From Flaccisagitta enflata (taxonomy: Eukaryota), in NCBI GenBank assembly GCA_965153355.1, contig OZ231126.1, positions 17,422,001 through 17,486,000 on the forward strand: DNA of 64,000 nt. The letters are read 5' to 3'. Of this stretch, positions 1 to 42,793 are shown one piece after another (within the stretch, counting starts at the first letter, position 1; the number at the start of each line of letters is the position of its first letter). The notes beneath the pieces were generated by a model. The model was given only the letters and a program-made list of their open reading frames with translations, was not told the origin of the DNA and did no database searches. A program made the translations under genes and the position numbers.

Positions 1-1034
1 CCAACATGCTTACTCAAAGCGGGATACCAAATTGAAGCGTTTTTATCAATCAATTGTAAGGTTTTCCCTTACCAAGGAGGTAGTTAATGATACCTGGACC
101 TTAATTCTTTAACAGATGTACCTTTTGTTATTACTATGGGAAATCATGGAGAGGAAAAATGGCATAGAAGATTGATTTTTTTTTGCAGAAACCAATTTAA
201 AGATAGCAAAACTCAAAATGGGCAAATTTTGTGAGAGTTTTAGAATGGAAATTTTTCAAACATTGGCTAATATCTTTAAAACGGCTAATCATAGCCTCTC
301 TGGACCAAATTCTTTTAACTCTTCACACAAAAATACTTCAGAGACCAGCACTCCTTGACCAGTAATGTACCTTTATACCTGTGCATGAAGATTGCGTTTT
401 TATGGCCAAAGTAGTAGCAACAACAACAGATCTCTAAATACACGTTATCAAATTGTAAAACTATCAAACTGCAGTCATCTGACAGTTTCCTTATCCGTCT
501 CTTACATGGTGAATATCCCCTACACAGAGACAAGATTTCTAATCTCAACTTTTAATGAACATTGATGGGTGCAGAAAAACAAACAGTTGTTTTTAAATAA
601 GTCCAAAATAAAGTCATTTGATCGACCACGTTTTTCTACTGAAAAAGTTCCAGTACAACAAAAAAAAATCAGAACTGACGATATGTAAAAAAGGACATGC
701 AAAAAAGGGTTAATCAAAAAGCAAAGTATGGCCCAAAATATGGAAAAGGAGGGGGACAAGGAGAAGGTGGGTGGGAGAAAAGAAATCTGGAAAACTTGAT
801 GAAAATAGAAAATGCTAACTTATTCAAGTAAATGAAAACCATCTTTCATTCGGTATGAAAAACAACTTATCGTCTTTCGTCTATAAATCACAGAGAAACA
901 ATATATAATAGGAATATTATTATCATCATTATGCGATTGAAATGATTTCTCGAATAAACGGAAGCAGGTATGTTCCTGTTAAAGTCACGCCTAAAAAGAC
1001 ACATTCACACACATTCACACACACTCCCCCCCAC

Positions 1035-1089
<55 letters not shown>

Positions 1090-1201
1090 ACATCTGTATG
1101 AGTTTTGATATTATTTGTTATGCAAATGGTTTCATGTACGCAAATGCAAGGGCAAAATGGATCAAATGAAAAACCAGCTCAATATTGTACAGACAGAACT
1201 T

Positions 1202-30315
<29,114 letters not shown>

Positions 30316-31598
30316 TTTCGGTTGTTTTTTTTTCTTGGCTACTTGCGGAGTGAGAGATTATATCAATGTTATTAATTCTATTAATTCGGCCTAAATTGAT
30401 CGAAAGTCACAGTGGCCAATGTTCTTCTTATTTTTATTTGCCATTTCTTTCTCTTCTTCTTCCCTTTGAGAATCTATTTTTTTTCCCCTTGACACAATTT
30501 ATTTCTTGTCCTTTTTTAGTGGATTGCCAACTTATTGATCAATATCGAGAGGACGTTGAGTGGCTTTTTATCAAATGGAAAGCTAATAAAACAATGTTAA
30601 CCCAAGACATTTTAACATCATCTTTACAGCTTAATTATGGTTGTTTTAGTATCTCCGCATTCCTTCGTCCACGAATTGATTCGTAAATCCGGGCGTGATG
30701 TAATAATGGTTGTGGTCAATAAGTATCCGATCGACTTTCACACGTGGCTTAGGCACGGGCCTCGTGACAGTGGACAGGCTGTTTAACGATGAAAGTAGTT
30801 AATGGACTGTCCGCTAGATTGAAAGCGAGCCTCCAGACAAGTTACAACATACGCTTCAAGGCGACAGAGAGACTAACCAGAAACCATTCGAATGCAGTCG
30901 ACTCCGAAATTTTATGTAGCGCCATCAAAGGAATCATGAAAATAACTTTCATCGTATCTATATAAAAACTGTAAATATAAAAAAAATATATAATGCGAGT
31001 ATAATTTTAAAAAGAAATGAGAGGAGTTGCTTTTTGATATTTTGTGCGCGATCACACGATCGCGGACTTAGAAAGTTAGAGGCCAACCATGTGGAAATAA
31101 ATCGTCTTCTCATTTAAAAAAAAAAATCTTGTCCTTTTCTTCTTTTTCTTCTTTTTCTTTTTCTTTTTTTTTTTTTTTTAGTCGCGGACACGCGACTCTA
31201 CACCTGCCGTAATCGGTGTTATTGATCAGTTGATCCGTCGTCCGTCACAACAGATTCCGGGCGGTTTCGCATTCTGCTCTACCGCCAACAGCGTGCGTTC
31301 TGATATCCGGCCTTGTTTTTCTCTTTTCTTTTTATCGTTTTTCTCATTTATATGAAACCAATTCTCGGGGAGGCGGCGAGGAGGAACAGAATATGAGAGA
31401 GAGAGAGAGAGAGAGTGAGAGAGAATAAAAAGAGAGCTTGAACGAGGATCCAAAAAATGAAAATCATTAAATCATGAATGAAAGGTAAGAGAGACACAGA
31501 GAAGGAAAAGGAAAAGAGAGAGAAAAAAGAGAACTTATAGTGACAAAGTTCGATTGATAAAAATGAGAGGGAAAATTGAAACGACCGAATGAAAAAGA

Positions 31599-31632
<34 letters not shown>

Positions 31633-32786
31633 TGTACACATGCATGTAAACTTGCATGGCAGGATCAGGAATACATCAGGTTCGAAACAGAGCATACTTT
31701 GCGAATGGATATAATGAGTTTTGACACACGCTAGACAGAGACGGTACCATGGCCAAAAAAAGCGTCAATCGCGTGTGCATTATCTGATCGACGATGGAAC
31801 TTCTATAGAATTTTTTAAAAAAGAATTTGACTGCTTACGAATTTAGTCACAGTAGATGAGCCCATGAAAATATTCCGCAAGTACTCAAACGGCGTTTTCT
31901 TTCTTTCAAAGAAAGGATAAATAATATTCATTGCGGCAACATTTCTCCAATTCCATGAGATGCGCTCTGGTGAGTGGTTGTCAGTCGCCATTTTCTTGAA
32001 GGAAAAAGAAAAAGAAATGATTGAAATAAAAAAGTTCCATTTGAGGCCGCGGGAAAAGTCACGGTCGATGAACATGAAAGTACTAGAAATTTAAGAGAGC
32101 TGATGATTAAATCTAAAAATCTAAAACCGCAGGATTAAACGGATCAACCAACGGCATCACTCCACGTGGGAAAAAACGACATAGTTAACACCTGAGAAGC
32201 TCTAAGGTGGGACTTGCACTGGGAAGCCGTAATAGTGAAGAGGCAAAAAATAAATATACCAATAAAGGCGGCTGATCGCCGACCGGAAAAAAGTCATAAG
32301 TGGAAGTCCCCTCTTTTCAGTGCATTATACATGTGTGTCGCGTTCGCTGATGCTCTGGTTGATTATCATTTTTGTTGACATTCAATCTGTTTTTTACTTT
32401 TTGATCTTTTTTATCTGTGTGTGTGTGTCTCTCTCTCTCTCTCTCCCTGTCTCTCTCTCTCACTTTCTCTCTCTCCCTCCCTCTCTCTCTATCTCTATCT
32501 CTCTATCTATCACTGCTCTCTCTCTCTCTCTCTATATCTCTCTACATACTTTATATATATATATTTATATATATATTTTTATATACTCTATATCTTTCTC
32601 TTTCTACTACTCTTTACTCTTTACCTCTCTCTCTTTACTCTCTCTCTCTCTTTTCACTCTCTTTCTCTCTCTCTTTCTCTCTCTTTATATTTCTCTCTCT
32701 TCTCTCTCTTCTCTTTCTCTTTCTTTCTCTCTCTCTCTTCTCTCTCTCTTTCTATCTCTCTCTCTCTCTCTCTTCTCTTCTCTCTC

Positions 32787-32893
<107 letters not shown>

Positions 32894-32896
32894 TTT

Positions 32897-33849
32897 GACT
32901 CCTGGTGTGAAGGCAAGAAAAGCATATCGCGTATGCAACATATTGTTGCGTATGCGACATCTGCGTGTTGCATATGCAACAAAATGTTGCGTATGCGACA
33001 TTCGCGTGTTGCATATGCAACAAAATGTTGCGTATGCGACAAATTTTCACTAAAAAGGGATTTTTCTCAAAATCGGCTCCTGGAAATATTTTTTGTTGTT
33101 CAGATCTTGATTCATGCGCATGTGGACCATACCAAACTGAAAAGAAACTTGGAGTAATTGAATTTTGAAATAACAAAAACTATGAAAAATAGTCAGTTTT
33201 CACTAGTTTTTAGCATTTTTTTTGTTTAGATCAGTGAAAAATCCTTCTGAACAAACTGAAAGAGGTAAAAGCATTAGTGCAGAAGCTGTAGCCAAACTTT
33301 TCATATATATTTTCATACTTTTAAAAACCATGAATACAATTTTTAATCTTAAAAATCCTAAAAATTACCTAATTTTGTTATCAATGGACAATAACTTCTA
33401 TATTTCCAAGCCAATTTTTTTATTTTTACTATTATTCTAAGTCATTTTTGGTCATTTGGTCATTTTGTTGTTTTAAGTCCTTTTTGGTCATTTTAGGTCA
33501 TTTTAAGTCATTGTAAGTCATTCTAAGTCATTCTAAGTCATCTCAAGTCTGTAAGTCTCGCACGCGACTTACAGGTGTTGGCCTTGTTTTTGTTTAGATC
33601 AGTGAAAAATCCTTCTGAACAAACTGAAAGAGGTAAAAGCATTAGTGCAGAAGCTGTAGCCAAACTTTTCATATATTTTTTCATACTTTTAAAAACCATG
33701 AATACAATTTTTAATCTTAAAAATCCTAAAAATTACCTATTTTTGTTATCAATGGACAATAACTTCTATATTTCCAAGCCGATTTTTTTATTTTTACTAT
33801 TAATTTGTAGCTTATACATCAAAAAAGACATTTCCCTACGTCAGGAGTC
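32897..33849. mobile_element. Putative non-autonomous DNA element with palindromic array and internal duplication
   Basis: Short inverted ends GACTCCTGGTGT / ACGTCAGGAGTC; array of TGTTGC(A/G)TATGC(A/G)ACA units at 32927-33041; ~215-bp direct repeat at 33219-33433 and 33588-33801. Confidence 0.5.
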
Positions 33850-34009
33850 TTGACCATTTTTTTTGACCTATGGTTTGTTCCTGGACGCCGTGCACACTGA
33901 TATCAAAGGTAGCCATGTACAGACTTGCCTAATTGATCATTGCATCTGAATGTTCATAATGAGCAGTCTTGTCTGAAGATTTTAATGAGCAGTTTTTTGT
34001 TTCTTACTT

Positions 34010-34051
<42 letters not shown>

Positions 34052-34060
34052 TATTTCTTT

Positions 34061-34116
<56 letters not shown>

Positions 34117-34312
34117 TTCATGCAGGCAGCTAAAAGAAATAACGAGCTGAGGTATACACTATCTAGAAAAATCTAGAGCAGTCATAAATCATGCTTGCCT
34201 TGAGAATTGTTCCCAGAAGGATTTGCTACAAATCGCTGCATAATTCACAGGATTCTGCAATTTGAGCAGGTTACAGCATATCATAGAATTTTTTAGACAC
34301 CTAACATATAAT

Positions 34313-36060
34313 GTTCATACTGGTCTTTTTTTAAAGCTTCTCCGGCGTCATGTTCCGCTTCTATTCCTGAACCTAATCATTGTATGGTATTCAAACCTAA
34401 GATGCCGTGTAAGATGGGGGGACACTTACAGTGAGTGGTTCTTCATTAGAGCGGGTGTGAGGCAAGGAGGGATTTTGTCCCCAGTCTTCTACTGCCTCTA
34501 CAGTATGATTGTTTTCGTTTGTAACATTTCATGACGACATAATTCTTAAAGTAATTGAAATAATTGAATTCTGAAAAAAGTTCTTAAAAGACTATGAAAA
34601 TACATTTTATAACATATCAATCAAAGGATCTACTTAGAAAAATCTGATTCTCTCATGAAAAAATGAACTACAGGACCAACTTGACAAATTGTCAAATTGA
34701 AAAATTTGGGAAAATTTAACAGATGGACTGTTTACCTTTAAATTGTTCTCACTTCTAAACGGTTTGAGCTACAGTTGCCAGATTGGTCCCAAATGAAAGA
34801 TAATTTGATCTAGTTTTAAGGTTTTCTAAAAAGTAAACACTGATTTGATGTTTTGAATACAATTTATTAACTAGAAGCAGGTACTTTTGTTTAATTTTTT
34901 AAAATGATCTCATTTCTTTCATGTTTTTTATTATACGTGTTTCCAAATAGGTTTCATTCTTTTTATTTTCTAAAACTACTTCAAATTATCTTTCATTCAA
35001 GGCCAACCTGGCATTTGTAGCTCAAATCGTTTAGAAATAAGAGTAATCCAAAAGAAAAACAGTTATCTCAAAACTATGAAAAACAGTTCATTTAGCCAAA
35101 TATGCATTACAACTAATAGTAAGAAATCTGGATCAAATTTTTGTTGAAAAGTCTTGGGATTTTAATATCATTAAATGTATTTTCAATATCTTTCACTATC
35201 TTTTTTCAGAATAAGATTATCTCTACAACTTTAAAAGTTATGTTGTCATGGAATGTTACAAACCAAAACAATCATACTGTACATCGATGATTTAGTCGAT
35301 ATTCTCATTGACACGGGTGCCGGATGTTATCTAAAGCTCGTCTTTTTATCCATTCTGCTCTACGCTGATGATATGGCGCTGCTCGCTCCATCACTCAAAG
35401 GACTCCAAACGTTTCTCTCTGCGACGGAGAGATATTGCAAAACGTGGGATATCTTGCTCAATGCAAAAAAATCCAAGAACCTTTGTTTTGGAAAGAAACA
35501 TGATCTATGCTCTCTTCAACTCGATGGCAAGAACATTGACTGGGTCGATTCGTGGTCTTATCTTGGGGTCACTTTGAAGGCCCACACCCGATTCAACTGC
35601 TGCATCGACGAAAAAATAAAATCATTCTACAGATGCGCCAACGGAATTCTACGCATCGAAGGTCGATCGGATGAAACTGTGATGCTACAACTGCTAGAAA
35701 CGCATTGCCTCTCGATCTTGACGTATGCAATAGACGTCATTCATGTCGCTGACCGGGATGAACGGCGCCGTTTTCGTGTTGCATATAACACAATCTACCG
35801 CAAAATCTTCGATTACAGACCCTGGGAGTCTGTCACAGACTTGCAACACGCTTTACTTCGTCCCACCTGGGAAGAGCTTGTCAACAAACGCAAGGAAAAA
35901 TTCCTTAGTCACATTGCCGAATGTGAACTTCTTTGCAACTTTATCTAATTGTTGCATATTGTCTTTTCTCCTCCCCTTTCCCCCTTTGATTTGATTTGTC
36001 CTATCTGTTTCGTTTTCAAATTGATGCTACATGTTTCCTCATGTGAATAAACTACATATA
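34313..36060 (+). mobile_element. 5'-truncated LINE reverse transcriptase, interrupted by a MITE
   Basis: GLFLKLLRRHVP...GVRQGGILSPVFYCLY | IDDL...LLYADDMALLAPSLKGLQ...YLGV: RT motifs B to E with YADD; frame continuous once 34501-35281 is removed; stop at 35948; ends approximate. Confidence 0.92.
34501..35279. mobile_element. MITE, TA TSD, ~50-bp imperfect TIRs (Tc1/mariner-type)
   Basis: TA|CAGTATGATTGTTTTCGTTTGTAACATT...AATGTTACAAACCAAAACAATCATACTG|TA. Confidence 0.92.
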
Positions 36061-36883
36061 TAATGATTAGAACAAACTCCAAGCATTTACAGCTAAATAT
36101 TGGCGGAAAATTGCGGCAAATTCAAGATGTAACTGGAGCAAGTTGCAGCAATTCCAGCAATTTAGGTCAGATATATCATTATGCTGTTGTAATCAAGTTG
36201 TAGTCACCTTAGCACATAATTGAAGTTCATCGAAAAAAGTATTACAGTTGGTTTTGGAGAAATGCGCCTAAAAATGGCATTTTTTACATGAAATTTTTAA
36301 CGCAGCATAGGTGATAAATAAAGGCAATGCGCCGACCCTTTTCAGTAGAATATGGTCCAACTATGCTTCAAGTCTATCAGGCTAGTTATAACTACCCACT
36401 TTGGTCGCAACGTTTTAAGGTCCAGTCATGCTTAACACCTCCCCTTACTATAAGCGGCTTTGTCTATTGAAATGTTGGTCCAACGGCTCGTCAGTCCAAC
36501 CACTGGTCTGTAATGAACGGGTCAAAAATTGCAGGGTGCAGAATCGTGTTTCCGCAATAAAAAAAAAAAAACAATTTATATTTGATACACCTAAAGACAA
36601 ATAAAGATAAGAAAAAAAAACACATTTTTCACAATTTGTTCTGTTATACTTGGGTAGTGCTTTTGACAACAAGGCTGGATACAGCAATGTGTGGGTGGCA
36701 AGGGGGCTAGAGACCCTATTTGAGGTCACCAGAGAATTTAGGTGGGAGCGGTGAGGTAAAAAAAAATATGAAAAAGTAAAATGAGACGGACCACCCAACT
36801 GACCAACTGAACAATGGCCGATGGGCAGATGGACAAAGTGGGATGAAAAGTCGCATAGAATGCGACTAAAAGATCAAAGACTG

Positions 36884-39800
36884 TCATTCATTCAAAATGG
36901 CGATATTCATGGCTGTCTGCGTGCAGTCAATACAAGCGAATGTGCAAACATGTTTCGTTAGCTCATCATTCTCCATCATCTCCATCTCTACCTCTTTCTC
37001 CATTGCTTTCTCCCGAACACCCTCACTCCCTTTCTCACCATGAAACGCCACATTTTCTTTCCCTTGGTCACCCACCATTTCTCCCATTTCCTTCTCTTTG
37101 ACCATCGTTTCCTCCCTGTTCATCCAAATTTCTACTCCATTCTTGACGACACCTTCCTCTCTGTCTTCTCCAACGTACAACCATTCATCAATTATTTCAT
37201 GAATGGGCAGCCGCCATCTACCGGGAACGCAATGGTCGACAAAGATTCGCAAGCCGCCAAGAATGACGTAGACCATAGGCGCGAAAATTTTTGCAGCCAG
37301 ATCTTTTGAGGGAATGATGATAATACCAAAGATGATATTGAAAATGCAGCACAAGAAGACGAGTCGAGAGATGTGTGTCGCGGCTAGCTTAGCCAAGTCA
37401 TCCTGTAAATATTCAAAAACGTAATTTCCATAGATAATGGTCATTACGCTTCCAGACGCAGACAAAAAATGTAGGATTGAGCAAATGATACGCCACGGCA
37501 CCCGCACAATGAGACAGGGTGGGAGACGCGAGGCCCACGGCCCCACCATAATGAGAACGACAAGGAGTATGGCGCAAATGATGTTAAAGGCGTAATAAAA
37601 ATCAACAAATATCTCCTTAGCGTTACTCTGTTCAAATGTATCGGGATCGATTCTAAACTGTGCAGTAGCGGTGAATAAACTGGTTAGGATGAACAAAGCC
37701 ATGGGCAGTGTCGAGGCGGCGACGGGATGTTTGGTGCTGATGAAATAATCTCTTCTGTGAGAAGTGATGAAGTTTGTGAGAGTGATAACCACGGTTATCA
37801 TCGAGGATATGACGGAGAAGCTTTGAAGGAGGGTCAAACCTTTGTAGCATCCCTGAGACTGGACGGCATTTTCCAACGAGGCAGCCCATTGAGTTCCGAT
37901 TTGAGGTAAAGATTCGAGACAGATTTCACCCAATTTCAAGAAGGTCACCAAAGTTCGAATTCTGTAAGAAAATTGATCGAGGGTTTCACTATTGTTGATA
38001 AGATACTATCTTCACAAAGAAAATCTTTCCACCTCAAAAACAACCATCAACTTTGAAAATGTCCTGCTCCTTAACTGACAAAGCTGACTGACCGCAAATT
38101 GGTCTCATGTTGATGAGTTTAAACAAATATTTTAAATGGGACCAATCTGGTAGTTATAGCTTTATTTGTTTAGGAGCAGCTTCCTTCCAAAGTTGATGGT
38201 AGTTTTCAGGTGGAAAGTATTGTCTAAAAAGAAAAAAAGCTGTGAAATAAGAAATTGGTTCCTTTGAAACATATCCTATCGATTCATGGTTCCAAATCCA
38301 TTGAAAAATTGTGTGTCGATGTTATCTTAGTCCTTTTAAAAAAAAAAAGCCAGGAGACCTAAGTCACATGCGTCGGGCCTTTCAGAAAAAGTCATACAGA
38401 CAGACGGGCAGACAGAGGCAAACAAGTAGCCAAAATAATGTTTTAAATGAACTGGAAATAGTTGCAAACACCTTTCAACCTTTCAAGTACCTTGCAAACA
38501 CCTTTGCAAACATTATGAGTACCTTTAAAACGGATTTGTGAAGGAAGGAGAGACAGATGGACAGTCAGACAGACAGACAGTTAAACGGAGAGACAGATGG
38601 ACAGATAAACGGACAGACAGGCATACACTACGAGGGATGGATGGACTGACCAACAGACGGGCAGACGGATAGGCAGACAGTTGGATGGTGGGACAGACTG
38701 ACAAACAAGGCCGGATACACGGCCATCAGTTGCGGACGGGTGGGCAGGGGCGGTAATGCAACTGTCCGCAACTAAAAATGTTCTAAAACGCTCATTTCCT
38801 CACTTTTCGACTCGTGTCCACGGACCGACCGACCGACCGACGGACCGACCGACCGACCGACGGACGGACAAAGCCTCTTATAGAGTTGCGTGTCCGCAAC
38901 TAAAAAGTGGCTTGTAGATAAGAGTGGCGTGGCATGCAACTAAAAAGTCACCATCAAGTAACAATTCCCTACTTAACTTTTCTAACATTTGCAATGAAGA
39001 ATACCATCAACGATAAACAGGTCCCATATACAACAGTCGCAAAAGTGTTGGTCAGTGGTACCCATGCCCTGCCTAAGTAGGTTGTGCTTGAAATTCTTTG
39101 TGGGAGCGGCCCCAAAGGATATGATGACCTATGCTTTCTCACTTAAGGGGAGCTTTCTCCTCCTTCTCCTCCGTACATCTGTTTCTTTCCCCCTGACTCA
39201 AATCCTAGCCTCAAGGCCTAAATCCCAGTCTCAAGGCCCAAATCCCAGTCTCAAGGCCTAAATCCAAGCCTTAAGGCTCAGATACCATCCTCAAGGCTCA
39301 AATCCCACCCTCAAGGCTGGGATTTGGGCCTCATGGGTGGGATTTGAGCTTTGAGGGTGGGATTTGAGCCTTGGGGATAAGATTTGAACTCCAAGCCTAG
39401 GTTTAGGGCCTCGAGACTGGGATTTGTGCCTTAGGGCTTGGAATTAAGTGGGGGGGGGGGCAGATGGACGAACGGAGAAGGAGAAGGAGAAAACTCCTCA
39501 TAACTGTGAAAGCGTAGGTCATCAACCCCTTCAGAGCCGCTGCCCCCATACGGCCATACCTGTTCAGATCCTCGGTAGCATTCGCTCGATTTCGAATAAC
39601 GAGAAATGCGGCGTATAGATTAACAAGGACTGGCGCCATAAGAAGTGGAGTCGTCACTAAGACAAGGAATCGGAGTGGCCTCGGAAGCGACTTTATCCGA
39701 GAGTCGTTTGTACACCCTAAAAACAAGTAAATGATGAGTTGCAGCGCCCCGCCAGAGGCAAACCATGCACCAGTCAAGGTAAAATAATTGTCGCTGAGAC

Positions 39801-40245
39801 AATTTTGAAAAAATTTCATCTGATTTATCAAGATTTGCGAACCCATGGGATTTTTTTCACACAGTATCGAGTTATGCGCTTGAACGCTGTCTCCTAGCTC
39901 ATTCTTCTCATTGTCATCCTCTGATCCACCGTATACGATTGAACAGAGCTCGCGAGTGGTGTAAGGGTTGTCGTCGTAGTATTCGTAAGTATCGTTGGTA
40001 TTGGTGTAGTAGTATTCAGAATCATTTAGATTAAGAGCGTCGTTGTAAGAGATGTCGTAGTATTCGTGAGTATCGTTGGTATTGGTGTAGTAGTAAGCAG
40101 GATAGATTAGATCGCTTATTGTCCCATTGAAAATGGATTTTTTATAGTAATCATGAGCGAGGATCATGTCAGTTGTAATATCCGTGAATGAGAAAATCGC
40201 AGCGACAAGTAACCAGACAAAAGTGAAGAGATTTTTCAAACCCAT
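36884..40245 (-). CDS. XKR: XK-related multi-pass membrane protein (XKR/CED-8 scramblase family), 2 exons, ~587 aa
   Basis: complement(join(36884..37961,39560..40245)); donor AACAG|GTATGG, acceptor TTTCTTACAG|A, phase 2. N-terminal FSFTDITTDMILAHDYY (XK-type D-x-x-TD-x-x-LA-x-x-YY) and LKLGEICLESLPQ (XK-type E-x-x-LES-x-PQ); several hydrophobic segments; acidic C-tail. Confidence 0.75.
38005..38225. mobile_element. Degenerate MITE in the XKR intron
   Basis: Inverted pair TTTCCACCTCAAAAACAACCATCAACTTTG / CAAAGTTGATGGTAGTTTTCAGGTGGAAA; begins TACTATCTTC like the 47997 MITE. Confidence 0.55.
38704..38903. mobile_element. Helentron/HINE-like family A element
   Basis: AACAAGGCCGGATACACGGCC (hairpin), (GACC)n tract, AGTTGCG-TGTC-CGCAACT hairpin plus A-run. 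Confidence 0.7.
39100..39546. mobile_element. Family B HINE-like element in the XKR intron
   Basis: GGGAGCGGCCCC..GATGACCTATGCTTTC inverted ends with 20-bp CCCAGCCTCAAGGCCCAAAT-type minisatellite in both orientations. Confidence 0.65.
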
Positions 40246-40257
40246 AATGCTTTTCGC

Positions 40258-40581
40258 GAATTTGATGATTCGTAATTTTTTTCTTCCTCTTAATTTGTTT
40301 GTTTCTTTTTTCTATTTTTGTTTGTGCTGATTTTATAGTTTAGTAATGTACATTGTGAATGGTCTGTAGTGAGGAAAGAATTTCATGGGTCATCATAAAA
40401 AGCCGGTTTTTATGCAAATTTGATGATTCGTAATTTTTCTTCCTCTTATATTGTTTTTTGTTCTTGTTTCTTTTTTCATTTGTTTTTTGTTTTTGTGTTG
40501 GTTTTATAGTTTAGTAATTACCGTTGTGAATGGTCTGCAGTGAGGAATGAATTTCATGGGTCAACATAAAAATCCGGTTTT
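40258..40581. repeat. Tandem duplication, ~160-bp unit, immediately upstream of the XKR ATG
   Basis: AATTTGATGATTCGTAATTTTT...GAATTTCATGGGTCA(T/A)CATAAAAA(G/T)CCGGTTTT present twice. Confidence 0.85.
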
Positions 40582-41458
40582 GAACATTTGATTTAAAGGC
40601 AATTTGTCAAAAGAAGAAAAAATACGGCAATGACATCATAGGATTCAAAGAATTCCACATAATGTCCCTACAAGGAATCAAGCGAAAATACATTTAGCTA
40701 GGGGGTTATCCGTTAGTTACAATGATTAAGTTTTGAGTTATATAAGATGAATTGTTGATTTATAGAAAGATCTTCATTTAAATAAGGTTATGATTTATGA
40801 ATGTTACGAGCATTTTACAGAGGGAAGATCAGATAATTGTGGGGTATGCATGGGTCACAATTCAGCACACAAATCTGGTACTCTTTCTTGTCACTTGCAC
40901 ATTTCATAGATAGCTGAAAATTGTTGGTTTTTCTTTCTGTTGATTTGTATCTGTTGAGCCGCTCTTTGGTAAGGGTTAAGATGGAATTTTGATAATTCTA
41001 AGGATAGTTGTGAGGGGTGCGCATGAAACACCAGTCAGAGCTCCCAAGGCTCTTGTCCTTATTCTAATTTTTGGGTGGTAATATAATGTTGTCCAAGTCA
41101 TATAGGCCACATATAAAAGCATCCATAACATACAGTAATTTATGTTATTAACAAGAAAAATGTATAAAATACATACCACGGAGTTTCAGTAAATCAAGAC
41201 AAGAGCCCTTGGACCCCCAAATCAGCCCCTAAATGCCTTATTGCTGCGCTACAAGCAATGAAATCAGCCCTCCAATGTGCCTTTGGAGAATGACTGGAAA
41301 TTTACCCCTGTGTTCTATAGGATATCAGCCCTTTGAGGCTATTACCCTGCTCTCCTTCTTCAACTGATCACTCCAAGCAGGGCATCAGGTGCCGCTGACC
41401 ATATGCGGTGCTTTGATGATTATGTGAGACAAACTGATGCAAAAAATAGATATGGATT

Positions 41459-41988
41459 TTTAGTCGCGTGCACACGACTCTACACTCAGCTTTGTCCGTC
41501 GGTCGGTCGGTCGGTCGGTCGGTTGGTTGGTCGGTCGGTTGGTCGGTCCCTTTTTACTTTTTTTATTCGGTTTATTCCTACTAACTGATTTTAAGTCAAT
41601 TAGGTCATTTTTAGTCAAATAAGATCATTTTAAGTCGTTTTATTTGATTTTAATTCATTTCAAGTCAATTTTAGTCATATGAGTCATTTTAGTTTTTTTC
41701 GTTATTTTAGGACGAAGTCAATTTAGATTACTTAAGGTCAATTTAAGTCATTCTTGGTCCATTTAAGACATTCAAAATCATTTTGAGTCAATTTAAGTCA
41801 TTTTAGTCACTCAAGTCATTTGATTCATTCTAGGTCAGATTAACTCAATTTAGCTATTCTAAATTATTTTAAGTCATTTTTAATCATTTTAAGTCAATTA
41901 ACTTTAATAGAAGTCATTTCAATTATGTGGTTATATAATCAAGTAATTATGTAAGTCTCGCACGCGACTTATAGGTGTTGGCCTTGTT
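41459..41988. mobile_element. Family A HINE-like element carrying a 10-bp TTAAGTCATT minisatellite
   Basis: TTTTTAGTCGCGTGCACACGACTCTA start, (GGTC)n, 10-bp array, end GTAAGTCTCGCACGCGACTTATAGGTGTTGGCCTTGTT; related copies at 33438-33587 and 42992-43285. Confidence 0.7.
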
Positions 41989-42486
41989 TGAACAAAATAA
42001 GGTTTAACATGAGCACAAGAATCGCGAGACGGCACCGAAAACTAGCACGCTATCATTTTCAAGAAGTCCAGCTTATCCCCACTCATTCTGAAAAGAAAAC
42101 CTGATTTTGGTGAGACCGAAAAGACAAAACATGGGAAAGTAGGCCAACGATGTGTCCTCTTTGAATAAACCATTTCTTTTATATAACAGAATGTTTTTCT
42201 TATTAATGAATGTATAAATTATTGAATAAACGAACAAATACATAGATGATAATATAAATGAATTATCAAACAAATGAGCGAAAGATACAATTGATGCTCC
42301 TTTTACATGCAAAATCTAGGATATCTTAATCTAAATATTTGCATGACCAATAGACAGACAGACCATCAGACACTGCCAGTGATAGATATGCGAGGATGCA
42401 CTTTAACATGGACAATAAACATCAGAATCAAATATCGATGAACTTGTTTTTCTGCGCTCATTTGAAGATTGGCACCGTCGGGCAAA

Positions 42487-42519
<33 letters not shown>

Positions 42520-42550
42520 TTCTTTGTCTGTCTATCTGTCTGTCTGTTAT

Positions 42551-42793
<243 letters not shown>

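Noticed and set aside
39403..39559. C-terminal 52 aa of ORF 39403..40245
   Set aside because: Intronic read-through into a family B element beyond the GTATGG donor.
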